Below are positions 46,101-55,512 of a DNA stretch of 61,163 nucleotides, piece after piece. The DNA is from an uncultured Clostridium sp. Lineage in GTDB: Bacteria; Bacillota; Clostridia; TANB77; CAG-508. The stretch is from NCBI GenBank assembly GCA_947648255.1, contig CANSNA010000003.1, positions 1 through 61,163 of the forward strand, read 5' to 3'. Position 1 is the stretch's first letter; every line of letters starts with the position of its first letter. The position numbers and the translations under genes were made by a program. Below the pieces are notes generated by a model, which did no database searches, had not been told where the DNA came from, and saw only the letters and a program-made list of their open reading frames with translations.

Positions 46101-49100
46101 TACTGTACTATAGTTTACTTGTAATTCTTCGCTTAATTCGAAGCTTGCTTTTGCATTATATGTTCCTGCATTTGTTCCCTTGTTGTTTTCGTATCTAGCA
46201 GTTATTCCTACTGGTAAGTTACTTACTGTTATTTCATGTTCATTTCCATCATAGTCTACTGTTGTACCATTAAATACTACATTATTTGCTAATGTGTACA
46301 CAATTTGTTTTATTGTTAATGTTCCAACCTCTAAGTCTTTAATTTCTGCATATTCTGTTTCTGTTTTTGCTACATCTATCTTAATAGTATATATACCTGC
46401 ATTTATTGGATTTTCTACAATTTCTCCTTTTTGGTTATAGTATTTTATTGTTATATCTTTTTCTGTAATTCCTGGAACTTTTGATACTACTTTTGCTTTT
46501 CTTATAGTATCTGGTGCGTAATCATATTCATTTTCTGTTACTTCGAAATTAGCTTTTGCTAAGCTTCCTTTTTGTGTACAAGGTATTTGTATTGTTACGC
46601 TTTTTCCTTGATATGTGATTGTTACATCTATTGTATTCTTTCCTTCTTCTGGTGTTCCTACAATGCTAGGTGTTATTTCGTAGTTTGTGCCTATTGCTGG
46701 TTCTAATATGCTTCCATCATTATTTATACCTATAACTTCTATGTTATTTTTGTCAATTGTATTTCCTATATAGAAAATTGCACCTTTTTTTACATTTGCT
46801 TCAATTCTATCTAGTTTAACATCTTCTACAGTTATTTTTGTAGGTATATTTTGAACTATATTATAATTCTTTGTATCTTTTGGTGTAAATGTTACAGTAT
46901 AGTTCATTATTTCTCCTACTGTATTTAATGTTGTTTTTTCATCTGCATCAAATGTGAAAGTTCCTTCTGGAGTTGTAGTATTAATTTCTGCTAGTTGTGT
47001 TTTTATTGTTTCAAGAGTCTGTCCTTTTACTGCTTTTAGTTCAAGTAATTTTGTCTTATCTATATCACTAATTACAGGTGTATTCTTTTCTATTATAATT
47101 GTTGCATCAATTGCAAAGTTACTTCTTGATTTATAATTTTTACCTTCTTCTACTGCTATTCTGACTATATAAGTTCCAACTTCTATTGCTTGATCTACTC
47201 TTTGACCATTTATATCATATTGTCTAACTGTTATTTTACCCATTCCGTCTATCTCTTGACCATCATATTTTGAGACTATATCTACTGTTTTTGGATTTCC
47301 ATCATATGTAAATGTTTTTGAAGTTACATATTGTTCTCCTTCTTTAATTATGAAGTCTCTTCTTGTTGGATCTATTTTATTTATTGTAAGTATTCCATTC
47401 ATGGTAGCTGGTTCTACACTTGAATAGTTTGTTTTTAAATTATTTGCTAATTCAAATGTTGCAACTGCATTGTATGTTCCTGCATTTGTTCCTTTATTAT
47501 TTTCATATTTAGCTGTTATTCCTTCTGGCATACCTACTAATTCTATTTTATGTTCTTCTCTGTTAAAGTTTACTGCTTCTAATGTATCTTTGTCATCTAC
47601 TACAAATTTTATTGTATTTGGTAATTTGTATGCAATTGGTCTTATTGTTAATGTAGCTGTCATTGGTATTATATCATTATCGTTTTGATCTACTATTTTA
47701 CTATAGTTTTCGCTCAAGGCTGTTCCTAAAGATAATGTTGCAACTGCATTATATGTTCCTGCATTTGTTCCTTTATTAGTTGTATTTCCATCTGCATCTA
47801 AATAGTTTACTTCTATTCCTTCTGGTTTATTGCTTATTGTTATTTCTTGCTCTACACCTTGTTTATTTTCTCCTTCGATGTAATCTACTGTTTTATTGTC
47901 AAATCTTACATTTATTGGTAATCTATATAGAGCTTTGCTTATTAAAAGTGTTCCAATCTCTAGTGGTTCTTCTACTGCTTCATAGTTTGCTGTTTCTTTT
48001 AATTTGATTCTTACTCTATATTCCCCAGCATTTTCTGGATTTATAGTTTCATTTTCATCTATTCCTAAAACTGTTCCATCTGAGTTCTTATTTACTTTGT
48101 AGTATTTTATTTCTATTATGTCGTTTGCTGTAACTCCTAATGCTTCTGGTGTTACTGTTACCTTTCTTATTTTTCCTTCTTCATATTCATAATTATTATT
48201 ACTTAAGATAAAGTCGTCTTTATTAAGTGTTCCTTTTTTTACTATTAAGTCTATTGTATTAGTATTTTCTAAATAATTGTCTGTTCCTGGATATGTTACT
48301 GTTATTGTAATTTTTCCTGGTTTAAAGGTTTTATTTTCTTTTAGAACTACTTTTCTTATGCCATCTATTTCTTGAATTTCTATGTCTTCTCTATGTGCTT
48401 CATCTATTGTAACTACTGGTGTAACATTTCCTTTAATGTCTGCTTCGTTTCTAATAGTTAATTCTGGACCTTCTGTTTCTGTAAATATTATTTCATTTGG
48501 ACTTAGGCTTAATTCTGGTAGTGGCTGACTTCCTTTCCCTATTTCTAATATTATATCTTTAGTATTTGCTTGATAGTTTGTTGTTTCTTCAAATGTTACT
48601 GTAATTGTAACTGTTCCTGCCTTACTTATTACTATTTTTCTGTTTTCTACTACTGATGCAATACCTTCTTCACTATATGAATATGTTATTTTTCCATTTT
48701 CTTTTGGTACATTATCAAGTGTAAGTTCTAGTCCTTCTATATTTGTGTATTCAATATTGTATTTTCCATTGTTTAAAGTTAATGGTGTATTATTTTGTTT
48801 AATTCCAACATTTGGTATATCTTGAGTAAGTTTTCTTATTGTAAATTCTTCTGTCCAAATTGGATCTAACTCACCTTTATAATTTCCATCTGGTTTTGCT
48901 GTAATTGTTATTACTGCTTTATATGTTCCTGCATTTTCTGGTGCTTGTGTTCCTATACTCTTAAATCCAGTTGGTTCATTTTCATCTTTTTTATAGTATT
49001 CGATTTTAGATATTTGTGCTATTTTTGTATCTATATTTGCTGTAACTTCACTTATTGTTCCCTTTTTATAGTCTCTATTTTCTGGCACATTTACTGTAAC

Positions 49101-52100
49101 ACTCATATTTGCATCTTTTAATTCTTTTTTAGTTATTTCAAATGTTAATGTTTTTGCCTCGTCTGGTACTTGATAGTTAGGATTATTAGGTAGTGTTACT
49201 TTAACTACATATTCCCCAGCATTAACTGGCTTTTCTGTAGTTATAGGATTTCCATCTTTATCTACATATGTTATAATTGGAACTATTTCTGTTATTCCTT
49301 CTGGTAATGTAGCTGTGGCTGTTATAGGATTTCCTGTATATTCTATTTTACCATTTTCATCTGGATTAGTTGATAGTGTAATTTGTATATCATCAAGGTT
49401 TATGACTTTTGGTGTTACTACTATTTTTACTTCTATATTTGTAACTTCTGCATAGTTAGGATTTGCTGGTGTATATGTTACCTTAAAGGTATTTCCATTT
49501 GCATTTGCAGGTCCTACACTTGTAGTGGTTGCATCTTGATATTTAAATCCTTCTGGTAATTTTACATCTGCTAAGGTTTCTCCATATATTGCTGTTAAAT
49601 TTTCTGGTACTTTATAATTTGGATCTAAAGTTCCTTCTGCTTTTTCTATTTTGTATTCTGATGATGTTATAGTTAAAGTTCCTATATAATTATTTTTTCC
49701 TGTAAATGTAACTACTGCATAATATGTTCCTACTTCTTCTGGAATAGTTACTTCTAGATCATTTTCTCCTGCATTTTCAGCTTTTTTATAGTACTTAACT
49801 ACATGACTAATATTTGCATCATCTGCTGCTGGTTGTACTGTTACTTCTTTTGGTGCTCCATCTTTATATGCAGAATTTGCAGGTGCTGTTATATTTACAT
49901 CTTTATTTGTAATTGTTTTTGCAATTACTGTATGTGTTCCATTATTTTTTGTTATTCTATAATTATTATTTTCCCCTGTAACAACAATTTCAATTGTATA
50001 TGGAGATCCACTTACATTGCTTGTTACTTTTTTATTTTCATCTAAATTTTCTAGTACTTCTGATCTTAGAGATACTGTTATTCCATCATTTGGAAGAATT
50101 GAATCTCCTTGTATTTCTTTATTCAAATAATTAGAAGGATCTTCAATTACTTCTTCATAAATGCTTTCTTTATTAACTGCATTAATTGTAAGTACTCTTG
50201 GCACAATTTTAATTGTTCCAACTTCTATTGTTTTTCCTTTATATTTATCTCCATCGGCTATAACAGCTTTTACTGTATATGTTCCAGCATCTCTAGCTGA
50301 TGTTTTTGGTTCTGTTTCGTTGTCTTTATAGTACTCTATTGTAACATTACCCATTCCTTCTGGTTTTGTGTAAGTTACTATTTTGTCTGTTCCATCATAT
50401 TTATATTCATTTGTTGTTCCTTCTTCTGGATTTTGTGGTAATACTATATTTAAGTCATCTGTTGTTGGGTTTTGTTTTACTGTTATTTTAACTGCTTCAG
50501 AGATGCTTTCTTTATAGTTTGCTGTTTTTTCATATTTTACTGTTATATCTGCTGTTCCTGCTCCAATTATTGTAAGTATTGGATTTCCATTTTCATCTTT
50601 TACTACTTTTGCTACATTTTCATTGGTTGATGAATAAACAGCATCTTTTTTATCCATTTCTTTTGGATCACCTGTAACTGTTATTGTTGGTGCTGTTTCT
50701 CCTAGTATTGCTTCATTTTCGCTTAAAGTAATAGTTGGTTTTGTTTGGTCTGCTTTATTTATTTTTAAAATTGCTTTTTTAGTTTCTGGATCCTTATAGT
50801 TTTCAGGTGCTGTAAATACTGCTGTTACTTCATATGTTCCTGCATTTGTTGCACCAATATTTTCTATAAGCTCTCCATTTTCTACTGATTTTCCTTCACT
50901 ATCTTTAATTAATTTGTATGTATATTTTACTGTAACACCTAATGTATCCATTTTTGCTTTAGTTTCTGCATCTACTTCTAGTTTGTGTGGTTTTCCATCA
51001 TAGGTTACAGTATATCTTTCTAAATCTTTATCTAAATCAGGTTCAATACTTGGATCTTTTACTATGTCTTTATCTTCTTCTCCTTCTGGGTTTTGACCTG
51101 GTTTTATCTCAATATCTTCTGGTTTTGGCATATCTGGGATTGATGCTTTTGTTACTTTAATTGTAAAGTTTTCTATAGTCATTCTATTTGCACCATTTAA
51201 CGTTCCATATGCATTAGATGTAACTACTACCTCTTGTCTATCTGTTACTTTATCTAATGCTGTATTTGGAGCCACTGATAGCATAGCTTTAACTTCATTT
51301 TCTGTTATTTTTAAATCATTTTTTAGGTATACTATCAAATCAGCTAATGTTTTAATTTTAGCTATTTCTGTATTTGTAGTGTTTGATGCCATTTCTACTT
51401 GTATTTTTGTATTTAAGAATTTTTCATTTTCAAAACTTAAAGTTTCTCCAAATTCATATTCTCCTGCTGGATTATCTATTACTGTTACTTTTTTAATATA
51501 GTCTTTTACTTTTATTGTTTTTGTTATGCTATTACTTTCATTTCCTGCTTTATCTACTACTTTATATGTAATAGTATATGTTCCTGCATTTCCTATTTTT
51601 AATACTTCTTCTAAATCTGATATTACTTCTCCTGTAGTGTTTGTCTCAATTACTGTTATATTTTCTGGTGCAGTATCAACATATTCTTCGTTTATATACA
51701 TTTCATCAGCTATCACTGCATCTGAATTAAAGCTGATAACTGGATTTGTTTTATCAAATATTATATTAGCTCCTGTCATATTAGTTGATGCATCTGCTGT
51801 TTGATTATTTATGCTAACTTCTTTTCTTACTGAAAATTGTACACTAACAAGACCATTTGTAGTTTCTTTATCTGCCTCTACAAATTGGTATGTAAATTTA
51901 TAATTAAATCCTTCTAGTTTTTCTAATTTTATTTTTGCAAGTTCTGCACTTGTTAATTCTCTTCCATTTATTATTATGCTTTCTAATGTATTTACTTCTG
52001 TTTTTCCTGTATTAAATGTAACTGTAATACTTTCTGGGTTTGTTTTGTCTACTTTTAAATAGTGCTTTCCATCTGCATTTGCAGTTTTTTGTGTAGTTAT

Positions 52101-53414
52101 TTCTACATTACTAATTTCTGGTGATTGTATTACTAATGTATCTATTATATCTTGTAAATTTTTGATTTGTTCTTCTATTTGTGGTTGACTAGATTTATTT
52201 TCTAATATTTTTTCTTCTAATTCTGATATTTTATCTGTTAAATTCTTGTAACTTTCCTCTGTATAATCATTTGGATTTATTTGTTTTGCTTCTGCTATTT
52301 TATCTATTAATGGTTTATGATTTACAACATAAACTATTCTTGTTTTAGCTTCTGCTTCATTTCCTGCTGTATCTTTAGCTGTATATGTTACTTTATATTC
52401 TCCTACAGCTTTTGTATTTACTTTTGATATATCTGCAGTTGCTGTAAATTCTCCATCATTATTATCTCTTGCAATTGCTCCTGGGTCTTGATAATCTGTA
52501 TTTATTTCTACAAATTGTTCTTCAAGTCCATTTGCACCTTTATTTATTATTATTTCTGGAGCTTCTATGTCATTTTTTATTTCAAATTTTACCCAATAAA
52601 TTCCTGATGAATTATTTGAGCCATCTATTGCATACATTTGAATATAGCAAGTTCCTAAAGTTTCAGGTAATTGTATATCTACACTATTTCCATATCCTAC
52701 TGTCAATTCTTTTTTGTTATACCAAACTTTTGCATTATTTGTAAAATAGTCTTTCCCTACATTGTTTACTATTTCACCTTTGCATGCATAAACTCCTGTA
52801 GAATTAGCTATTGTCTCACTATTTCCTATATCTTCTATACTAAATTTAAATGTTCTTGAAGTATCTCCCGCTTTTACTTTGATAGGGTTATTCTCGTTAT
52901 CTTCAGGTAGTGAAAAATTTACTTTATCTATTTTAGGTGGTGTTTTATCTTGATTTGATTCTACAGTTAGTTCATCTACTACATAGTATATTCTATGTAG
53001 CATTACTGGTACTGCTTCAACTCCATCCCATGGCACTACATTTAGTTCTAATAGACCAGTTGGAACATCTTTTCCATTATTATATACATCTATTGGAATC
53101 TCTACTGTTCTATTTGTAACATTTAACCATTTTACACTTGTTGATTGTATAGCTGAGTCTGTCCCTTTAAGGTTACGGTTCCATGAGTAGCCTACCATCT
53201 TTATATTACTTGCTACTGTAAATTTTAATTTCTTTCCAGCTACTATTTCTCTACGTAAAAGTTCTCCCATAGTACGTGTTGAACCTGTAGCTATAGGCTC
53301 AGCAGTTATTACTTCTACGGCTATTTCATTTTTAGGTATTAGCATTAATATTGTTATAACTGCTAAGATTGTAATTAGTAATTTTTTGCTTTGTATTTTT
53401 AGAAAATTTGACAT
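40164..53414 (-). CDS. Giant secreted repeat protein (4416 aa), MBG-like and Ig-like domains, putative adhesin
   Basis: Uninterrupted ORF with GGAGG RBS and signal-like N-terminus; many NAGTY-type beta-rich repeats and DUF5011-like repeats. Confidence 0.85.
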   Translation of the reverse strand: MSNFLKIQSKKLLITILAVITILMLIPKNEIAVEVITAEPIATGSTRTMGELLRREIVAGKKLKFTVASNIKMVGYSWNRNLKGTDSAIQSTSVKWLNVTNRTVEIPIDVYNNGKDVPTGLLELNVVPWDGVEAVPVMLHRIYYVVDELTVESNQDKTPPKIDKVNFSLPEDNENNPIKVKAGDTSRTFKFSIEDIGNSETIANSTGVYACKGEIVNNVGKDYFTNNAKVWYNKKELTVGYGNSVDIQLPETLGTCYIQMYAIDGSNNSSGIYWVKFEIKNDIEAPEIIINKGANGLEEQFVEINTDYQDPGAIARDNNDGEFTATADISKVNTKAVGEYKVTYTAKDTAGNEAEAKTRIVYVVNHKPLIDKIAEAKQINPNDYTEESYKNLTDKISELEEKILENKSSQPQIEEQIKNLQDIIDTLVIQSPEISNVEITTQKTANADGKHYLKVDKTNPESITVTFNTGKTEVNTLESIIINGRELTSAELAKIKLEKLEGFNYKFTYQFVEADKETTNGLVSVQFSVRKEVSINNQTADASTNMTGANIIFDKTNPVISFNSDAVIADEMYINEEYVDTAPENITVIETNTTGEVISDLEEVLKIGNAGTYTITYKVVDKAGNESNSITKTIKVKDYIKKVTVIDNPAGEYEFGETLSFENEKFLNTKIQVEMASNTTNTEIAKIKTLADLIVYLKNDLKITENEVKAMLSVAPNTALDKVTDRQEVVVTSNAYGTLNGANRMTIENFTIKVTKASIPDMPKPEDIEIKPGQNPEGEEDKDIVKDPSIEPDLDKDLERYTVTYDGKPHKLEVDAETKAKMDTLGVTVKYTYKLIKDSEGKSVENGELIENIGATNAGTYEVTAVFTAPENYKDPETKKAILKINKADQTKPTITLSENEAILGETAPTITVTGDPKEMDKKDAVYSSTNENVAKVVKDENGNPILTIIGAGTADITVKYEKTANYKESISEAVKITVKQNPTTDDLNIVLPQNPEEGTTNEYKYDGTDKIVTYTKPEGMGNVTIEYYKDNETEPKTSARDAGTYTVKAVIADGDKYKGKTIEVGTIKIVPRVLTINAVNKESIYEEVIEDPSNYLNKEIQGDSILPNDGITVSLRSEVLENLDENKKVTSNVSGSPYTIEIVVTGENNNYRITKNNGTHTVIAKTITNKDVNITAPANSAYKDGAPKEVTVQPAADDANISHVVKYYKKAENAGENDLEVTIPEEVGTYYAVVTFTGKNNYIGTLTITSSEYKIEKAEGTLDPNYKVPENLTAIYGETLADVKLPEGFKYQDATTTSVGPANANGNTFKVTYTPANPNYAEVTNIEVKIVVTPKVINLDDIQITLSTNPDENGKIEYTGNPITATATLPEGITEIVPIITYVDKDGNPITTEKPVNAGEYVVKVTLPNNPNYQVPDEAKTLTFEITKKELKDANMSVTVNVPENRDYKKGTISEVTANIDTKIAQISKIEYYKKDENEPTGFKSIGTQAPENAGTYKAVITITAKPDGNYKGELDPIWTEEFTIRKLTQDIPNVGIKQNNTPLTLNNGKYNIEYTNIEGLELTLDNVPKENGKITYSYSEEGIASVVENRKIVISKAGTVTITVTFEETTNYQANTKDIILEIGKGSQPLPELSLSPNEIIFTETEGPELTIRNEADIKGNVTPVVTIDEAHREDIEIQEIDGIRKVVLKENKTFKPGKITITVTYPGTDNYLENTNTIDLIVKKGTLNKDDFILSNNNYEYEEGKIRKVTVTPEALGVTANDIIEIKYYKVNKNSDGTVLGIDENETINPENAGEYRVRIKLKETANYEAVEEPLEIGTLLISKALYRLPINVRFDNKTVDYIEGENKQGVEQEITISNKPEGIEVNYLDADGNTTNKGTNAGTYNAVATLSLGTALSENYSKIVDQNDNDIIPMTATLTIRPIAYKLPNTIKFVVDDKDTLEAVNFNREEHKIELVGMPEGITAKYENNKGTNAGTYNAVATFELANNLKTNYSSVEPATMNGILTINKIDPTRRDFIIKEGEQYVTSKTFTYDGNPKTVDIVSKYDGQEIDGMGKITVRQYDINGQRVDQAIEVGTYIVRIAVEEGKNYKSRSNFAIDATIIIEKNTPVISDIDKTKLLELKAVKGQTLETIKTQLAEINTTTPEGTFTFDADEKTTLNTVGEIMNYTVTFTPKDTKNYNIVQNIPTKITVEDVKLDRIEANVKKGAIFYIGNTIDKNNIEVIGINNDGSILEPAIGTNYEITPSIVGTPEEGKNTIDVTITYQGKSVTIQIPCTQKGSLAKANFEVTENEYDYAPDTIRKAKVVSKVPGITEKDITIKYYNQKGEIVENPINAGIYTIKIDVAKTETEYAEIKDLEVGTLTIKQIVYTLANNVVFNGTTVDYDGNEHEITVSNLPVGITARYENNKGTNAGTYNAKASFELSEELQVNYSTVSPTEMNATLTINKIAYALPNNVVFNGTTVDYDGDEHEITVSNLPVGITARYENNKGTNAGTYNAKATFELSEELQVNYNAVSPTEMNATLTINKIAYTLPDNVVFNGTTVNYDGNEHEITVSNLPVGITARYENNKGTNAGTYNAKATFELSEELQVNYNAVSPTEMNATLTINKIAYALPNNVVFNGTTVDYDGDEHEITVSNLPVGITARYENNKGTNAGTYNAKATFELSEELQVNYNAVSPTEMNATLTINKVAYKLPENVKFENAAVDYDGDEHEITVSNLPEGITARYENNKGTNAGTYNAKATFELSEELQANYNAVSPTEMNATLTINKAAYKLPENVKFENATVDYDGDEHEITVSNLPVGITAKYENNKGTNAGTYNAKAIFELSEELQANYNAVSPIEMNATLTINKIAYELPENVKFENATVDYDGDEHEITVSNLPVGITAKYENNKGTNAGTYNAKATFELSEELQANYDAVSPTEMNATLTINKVAYKLPETTKFEGKTVTYDGKVHSLVAVGLPTGITAKYSENNGQTNAGTYEITATFELSKELQTNYNSVIPNEKKATLQIDKATYNMSEITFNDATVIYDGEGHTLYITGKLPDGVTVNYYTPNDTHIDGVNNKGYVNAGTYKIIAKFEGDKNNYNDIPNMEAQITIEKAEYELLENVTFEDAKIEYDGEEHEITVSNLPEGVSVEYENNKGTNAGTYNAKATFILSEELQKNYKAVKPSTMNATLTIDKATYNLPNTVKLVVDDKETIEQVMYDGKEHQITAVGVPEGIKVDYITNKGTDVGEYDAIAVFSLKDELKGNYKDVDPAQLEATLKIIQAPYILPDNVKFDDKTVYYNGEEQSVVVEGLISGITPVYTNNTGIDANTYEAEVTFTLTDEQLAKNYSHVETKTGETKLTATLTINKRPITVTVSNNGAESIYESEPEPENWDYVITPKTVIIGEEEVTLEPAVIEKDGSIIELSIIEILAGGSERVIYQKDVNTNIDTVSKEEAGNYTLKAICTNSNYEADITNAVYKILPRDPKVEDLNITEPTSYEYNNESKVITVAPEMNEKEPVLKGLTQDLISEVMYYEVTSDEGNQEILTKLDEAPKNVGNYVAKVQITAGRNHNAKEIEIARFSITPKTLQSEDITYTIDDTQIIKIEEGIPETTNIPVTWDGTQKIIEWNGMPHGVVANLNTTNPVIAGNTVTFKVLYNGMPNIPSEIGEYVVTVSAEGENLNIPETAQLEVGTFEIKDRIAPFIKLKGTGGQGEDAKTVYVGEGAYSDEGVDIIDNHDNLENITKTIKIEKLTPGEASGKVEVPSIDTSPTGTGTYIITYGAVDASGNAAVDVIRTVVVKKHSQPTPITDLSLEDINNFIITSKGFTVSLKNANEIKDGGKITYTVNPLNSEDGVVEIPNEENGRVNFLKSGNAKITVTFGETDYYDLSTIDIPIKVNKAKLAEENFTVRPNDYTYEKDVRRTVEVVPFENDSELASHVGLYRVVLQNQNTEKDNTIYENTAAAGPINAGTYDIYVIKETSADSDWFETTIVKDAEGNISSDKIKIGTMTIKKARYDMSGVSLGINGKIETIYTGEAQPVNITGTLPEGVSCKITYSDEPVNAGTYQVTAEFTGNTDNYEPIANMKAEYKILPKPYSMETDIAGIRLTNNGQYKLTNDWVTFEVDTNTLAPGLAVDGYAEHGEKKTTSYKEGEPGTYQVDIYLKVTDPNRRLPDELLNRDGTAKPITRTAKIAKEVTAPQISYIRDNNTGIGKEITTGNIAKPTVFSKLTVIQWDSGSAVITKVNANDEQLEAPKTYAKPEKVTLSQDGYYRITATLEPQEGETQGKKTTRYIRIARKSPDVSGVITGTEIDTDYYEADNGIVTVKLTGFENVTKVSLDMFINNSRTPETVEGICEGDGQGNMTVVMPNGTRYSVTKSGNDIVLTFKLAEGVNSMSVDIKSRLIASETNADGSLEIKTIDIDR
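44609..46310 (-). repeat. Seven near-identical 243-bp (81-aa) tandem intragenic repeats
   Basis: TTATATGTTCCTGCATTTGTTCC recurs at 44698, 44941, 45184, 45427, 45670, 45913 and 46156. Confidence 0.93.
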
Positions 53415-53465
53415 ATTTACTCCTCCTAATTTCTATTTTCTATTAGTTACAGTCTTACCTGTTAT

Positions 53466-53509
53466 ATTATACAATATTTGGCTTTTTTTGTCAACAGTTT
53501 TTTGTTGAC
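53466..53509 (-). promoter_or_regulatory. SigA promoter of the giant gene with inverted repeat over -35
   Basis: TTGACA-17-TATAAT (53466-53494); GTCAACA-N6-TGTTGAC at 53490-53509. Confidence 0.75.
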
Positions 53510-53581
53510 TTATGTAAACTTTTGGTTTTTTTTGTTTCTTTTGTCTCCGTAAGCATTTTTTCACTTCTTAAGAGCAAAAAA

Positions 53582-53610
53582 GATCCGCAGAATTAATAAT
53601 TCTGCGGATC
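53582..53610 (-). terminator. Intrinsic terminator
   Basis: GATCCGCAGAATT / AATTCTGCGGATC stem with A run at 53576-53581 (U tail on minus strand). Confidence 0.75.
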
Positions 53611-53694
53611 CATAAAGCGGTCTTTATATCAAAAGATCTTTAATCTTTTTGCATTTCAAGGAGTACTTTTCTAAATGTCCAGCTTAGCTAAGAC

Positions 53695-55293
53695 TCATGG
53701 CTGAAGAATGTCATCCCCTGGTCCTCCAATTCCGGTATCTCCAAAATCAGAAGGTGGCTTAATCGTCTGATCCGGTGTTTCACTCGGTTCTTCAGGCTCA
53801 GTTGTATCTCCACCAGGTACCTGAGTTGTATCGTCGCCTGGTCCATCAATTCCACCATCTTCGAAATCCGTCGGCGGTTTAATCGGTGGAGTTTCAGGTT
53901 CATCTGGGGGATTTGGCTTTTCGTCTGGCTTAGGTTTCTCCGGTTTGTCAGGAATATCAGGTTTGTCGGGTTTGTCAGGGGTATCAGGGGTATCAGGATT
54001 ATTGGGATTATCAGGAGTATCCGGATCGTCCGGATTTGTTCCTCCTGGATTATTATCCCCTCCTGGATTGGGATTTGCATTATCTCCAGAATCCCCCGTT
54101 TCACCAGAACTTTCGCTAGTTCCGGTGTTTGCAGCATCAACATCTTCCCCGCTTTGGCTAACAACGTAAACTACTCTCTTGATTGTCATATTCTCAAACT
54201 TGTATGTGAGAGTATATTTACCAGCCTTGCTTGTATTGACCTGCCCCTCAACGATCACTTCTCCAAGCTTGTCCAGGCAGATATTGCCATCTTCGTCTAA
54301 TACCCATACGCCTTGGTCTTTGAAGGTTTCACCCTGCTTAACTGTGGAGATTTTCTTTCCTGCAAGACTCATCTTATAGGAAATGTCCCTATTAGTCTTT
54401 GTGGGTTCATCTTTGCTGGTTTCCACAGTTTCTGTCACATGCACCAGTCTTGCGAGGGTTACATTTGCAAATTTATACTTGATAATGTAGTCTCCTACCT
54501 TATCAGTATCCACTTTACCAGAAACTGTGACTTTACTCCCAAGCTTGGAATAGACATTGTGAAGTGTGTTTGTGACCTTGCAGCCTGGATCTACGAACTT
54601 CTCTCCTTTTTGGACTTGCATCTCACTCAAGCCATTAAGCTCGAAGAAAAGAATCTGCCCATCAAGGAGTGCTTTAACTCTGCACATATTGACGATTCGC
54701 TCGGCTGTCATATCCTTGTACTCGTACTTGAGAATATAAATGCCGGCTTTGCTTGTGTCGACTTTGCCAGAAACTGTAATTTCCGCATTCAAGTCTTCAC
54801 AAACTTCTCCATCTTCTGTTACGATCTGTGCACCATAGTCACAGAAGTTCTCATTTAAAGTGGCATTAGTCACCTCTTCTCCAACTAAAACAAGTTGGAG
54901 CTCGCCTTCTTCATCCTTATCCTGCTTGAGATTTGCCGAGGTCACCTGCCGTGAAACCTCAGCGTTTTGAGTGATACTTACGCCATCCAGTTCATACTCA
55001 ATTTGGTAGTTTCCTACCTTTTGGGTATTTACATCGCTTGTGACTGTCACTTCTTTCTCAAGCTCGGGATATCTGTTTCCGGCACTGTTAGTGACTTTAA
55101 AGTGGTTTGCCACAAAAGTGCCCCCCACCTTTACTGCCACTTTGGTTTCGCAGGTCAGATAATAGACGTTTCCATCAATTTCCACTTCTGCGATTTCGCA
55201 CTCGGGTTCTTGAACCTCAGCTGCAAGTACGATGCCCTCAAAAGAAAGCATCATGCACAGGCAAAGCATAAGGCTAATAAGCTTGTGCTTCAT
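53695..55293 (-). CDS. Secreted DUF5011/Ig-like repeat protein with Pro/Asp-rich tail, GC-richer than host
   Basis: AGGAGGA RBS before MKHKL; four VDTSKAGxYxLxY-type repeats; spot-checked lines 45-47% GC. Confidence 0.8.
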   Translation of the reverse strand: MKHKLISLMLCLCMMLSFEGIVLAAEVQEPECEIAEVEIDGNVYYLTCETKVAVKVGGTFVANHFKVTNSAGNRYPELEKEVTVTSDVNTQKVGNYQIEYELDGVSITQNAEVSRQVTSANLKQDKDEEGELQLVLVGEEVTNATLNENFCDYGAQIVTEDGEVCEDLNAEITVSGKVDTSKAGIYILKYEYKDMTAERIVNMCRVKALLDGQILFFELNGLSEMQVQKGEKFVDPGCKVTNTLHNVYSKLGSKVTVSGKVDTDKVGDYIIKYKFANVTLARLVHVTETVETSKDEPTKTNRDISYKMSLAGKKISTVKQGETFKDQGVWVLDEDGNICLDKLGEVIVEGQVNTSKAGKYTLTYKFENMTIKRVVYVVSQSGEDVDAANTGTSESSGETGDSGDNANPNPGGDNNPGGTNPDDPDTPDNPNNPDTPDTPDKPDKPDIPDKPEKPKPDEKPNPPDEPETPPIKPPTDFEDGGIDGPGDDTTQVPGGDTTEPEEPSETPDQTIKPPSDFGDTGIGGPGDDILQP

Positions 55294-55433
55294 TTTGTTA
55301 TTCCTCCTTAATATAACGATGTCAATGTTCACTTAAGCCTCTTAAGACCGCTTTTTGAGGCTCCAGCAAATGGATTTATCCATCTACTGCCATTTATATA
55401 AAATATAGGCGTACTCCTAGCCCATATACTTTA

Positions 55434-55462
55434 ATTATAGCCTATTTATAGGCAAAAGTCAA
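55434..55462 (-). promoter_or_regulatory. SigA promoter with palindromic spacer
   Basis: TTGACT-17-TATAAT; the spacer contains GCCTAT-AA-ATAGGC. Confidence 0.65.
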
Positions 55463-55512
55463 TCTTCAAAAAGGCACCTTTTATAAACTAATAAGATGCC
55501 TTTTTATAATTT

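Noticed and set aside
44609-46310. 243-bp repeats as a CRISPR array or DGR template/variable repeats
   Set aside because: They are in-frame protein repeats with no unique spacers, no cas genes and no intact RT nearby.
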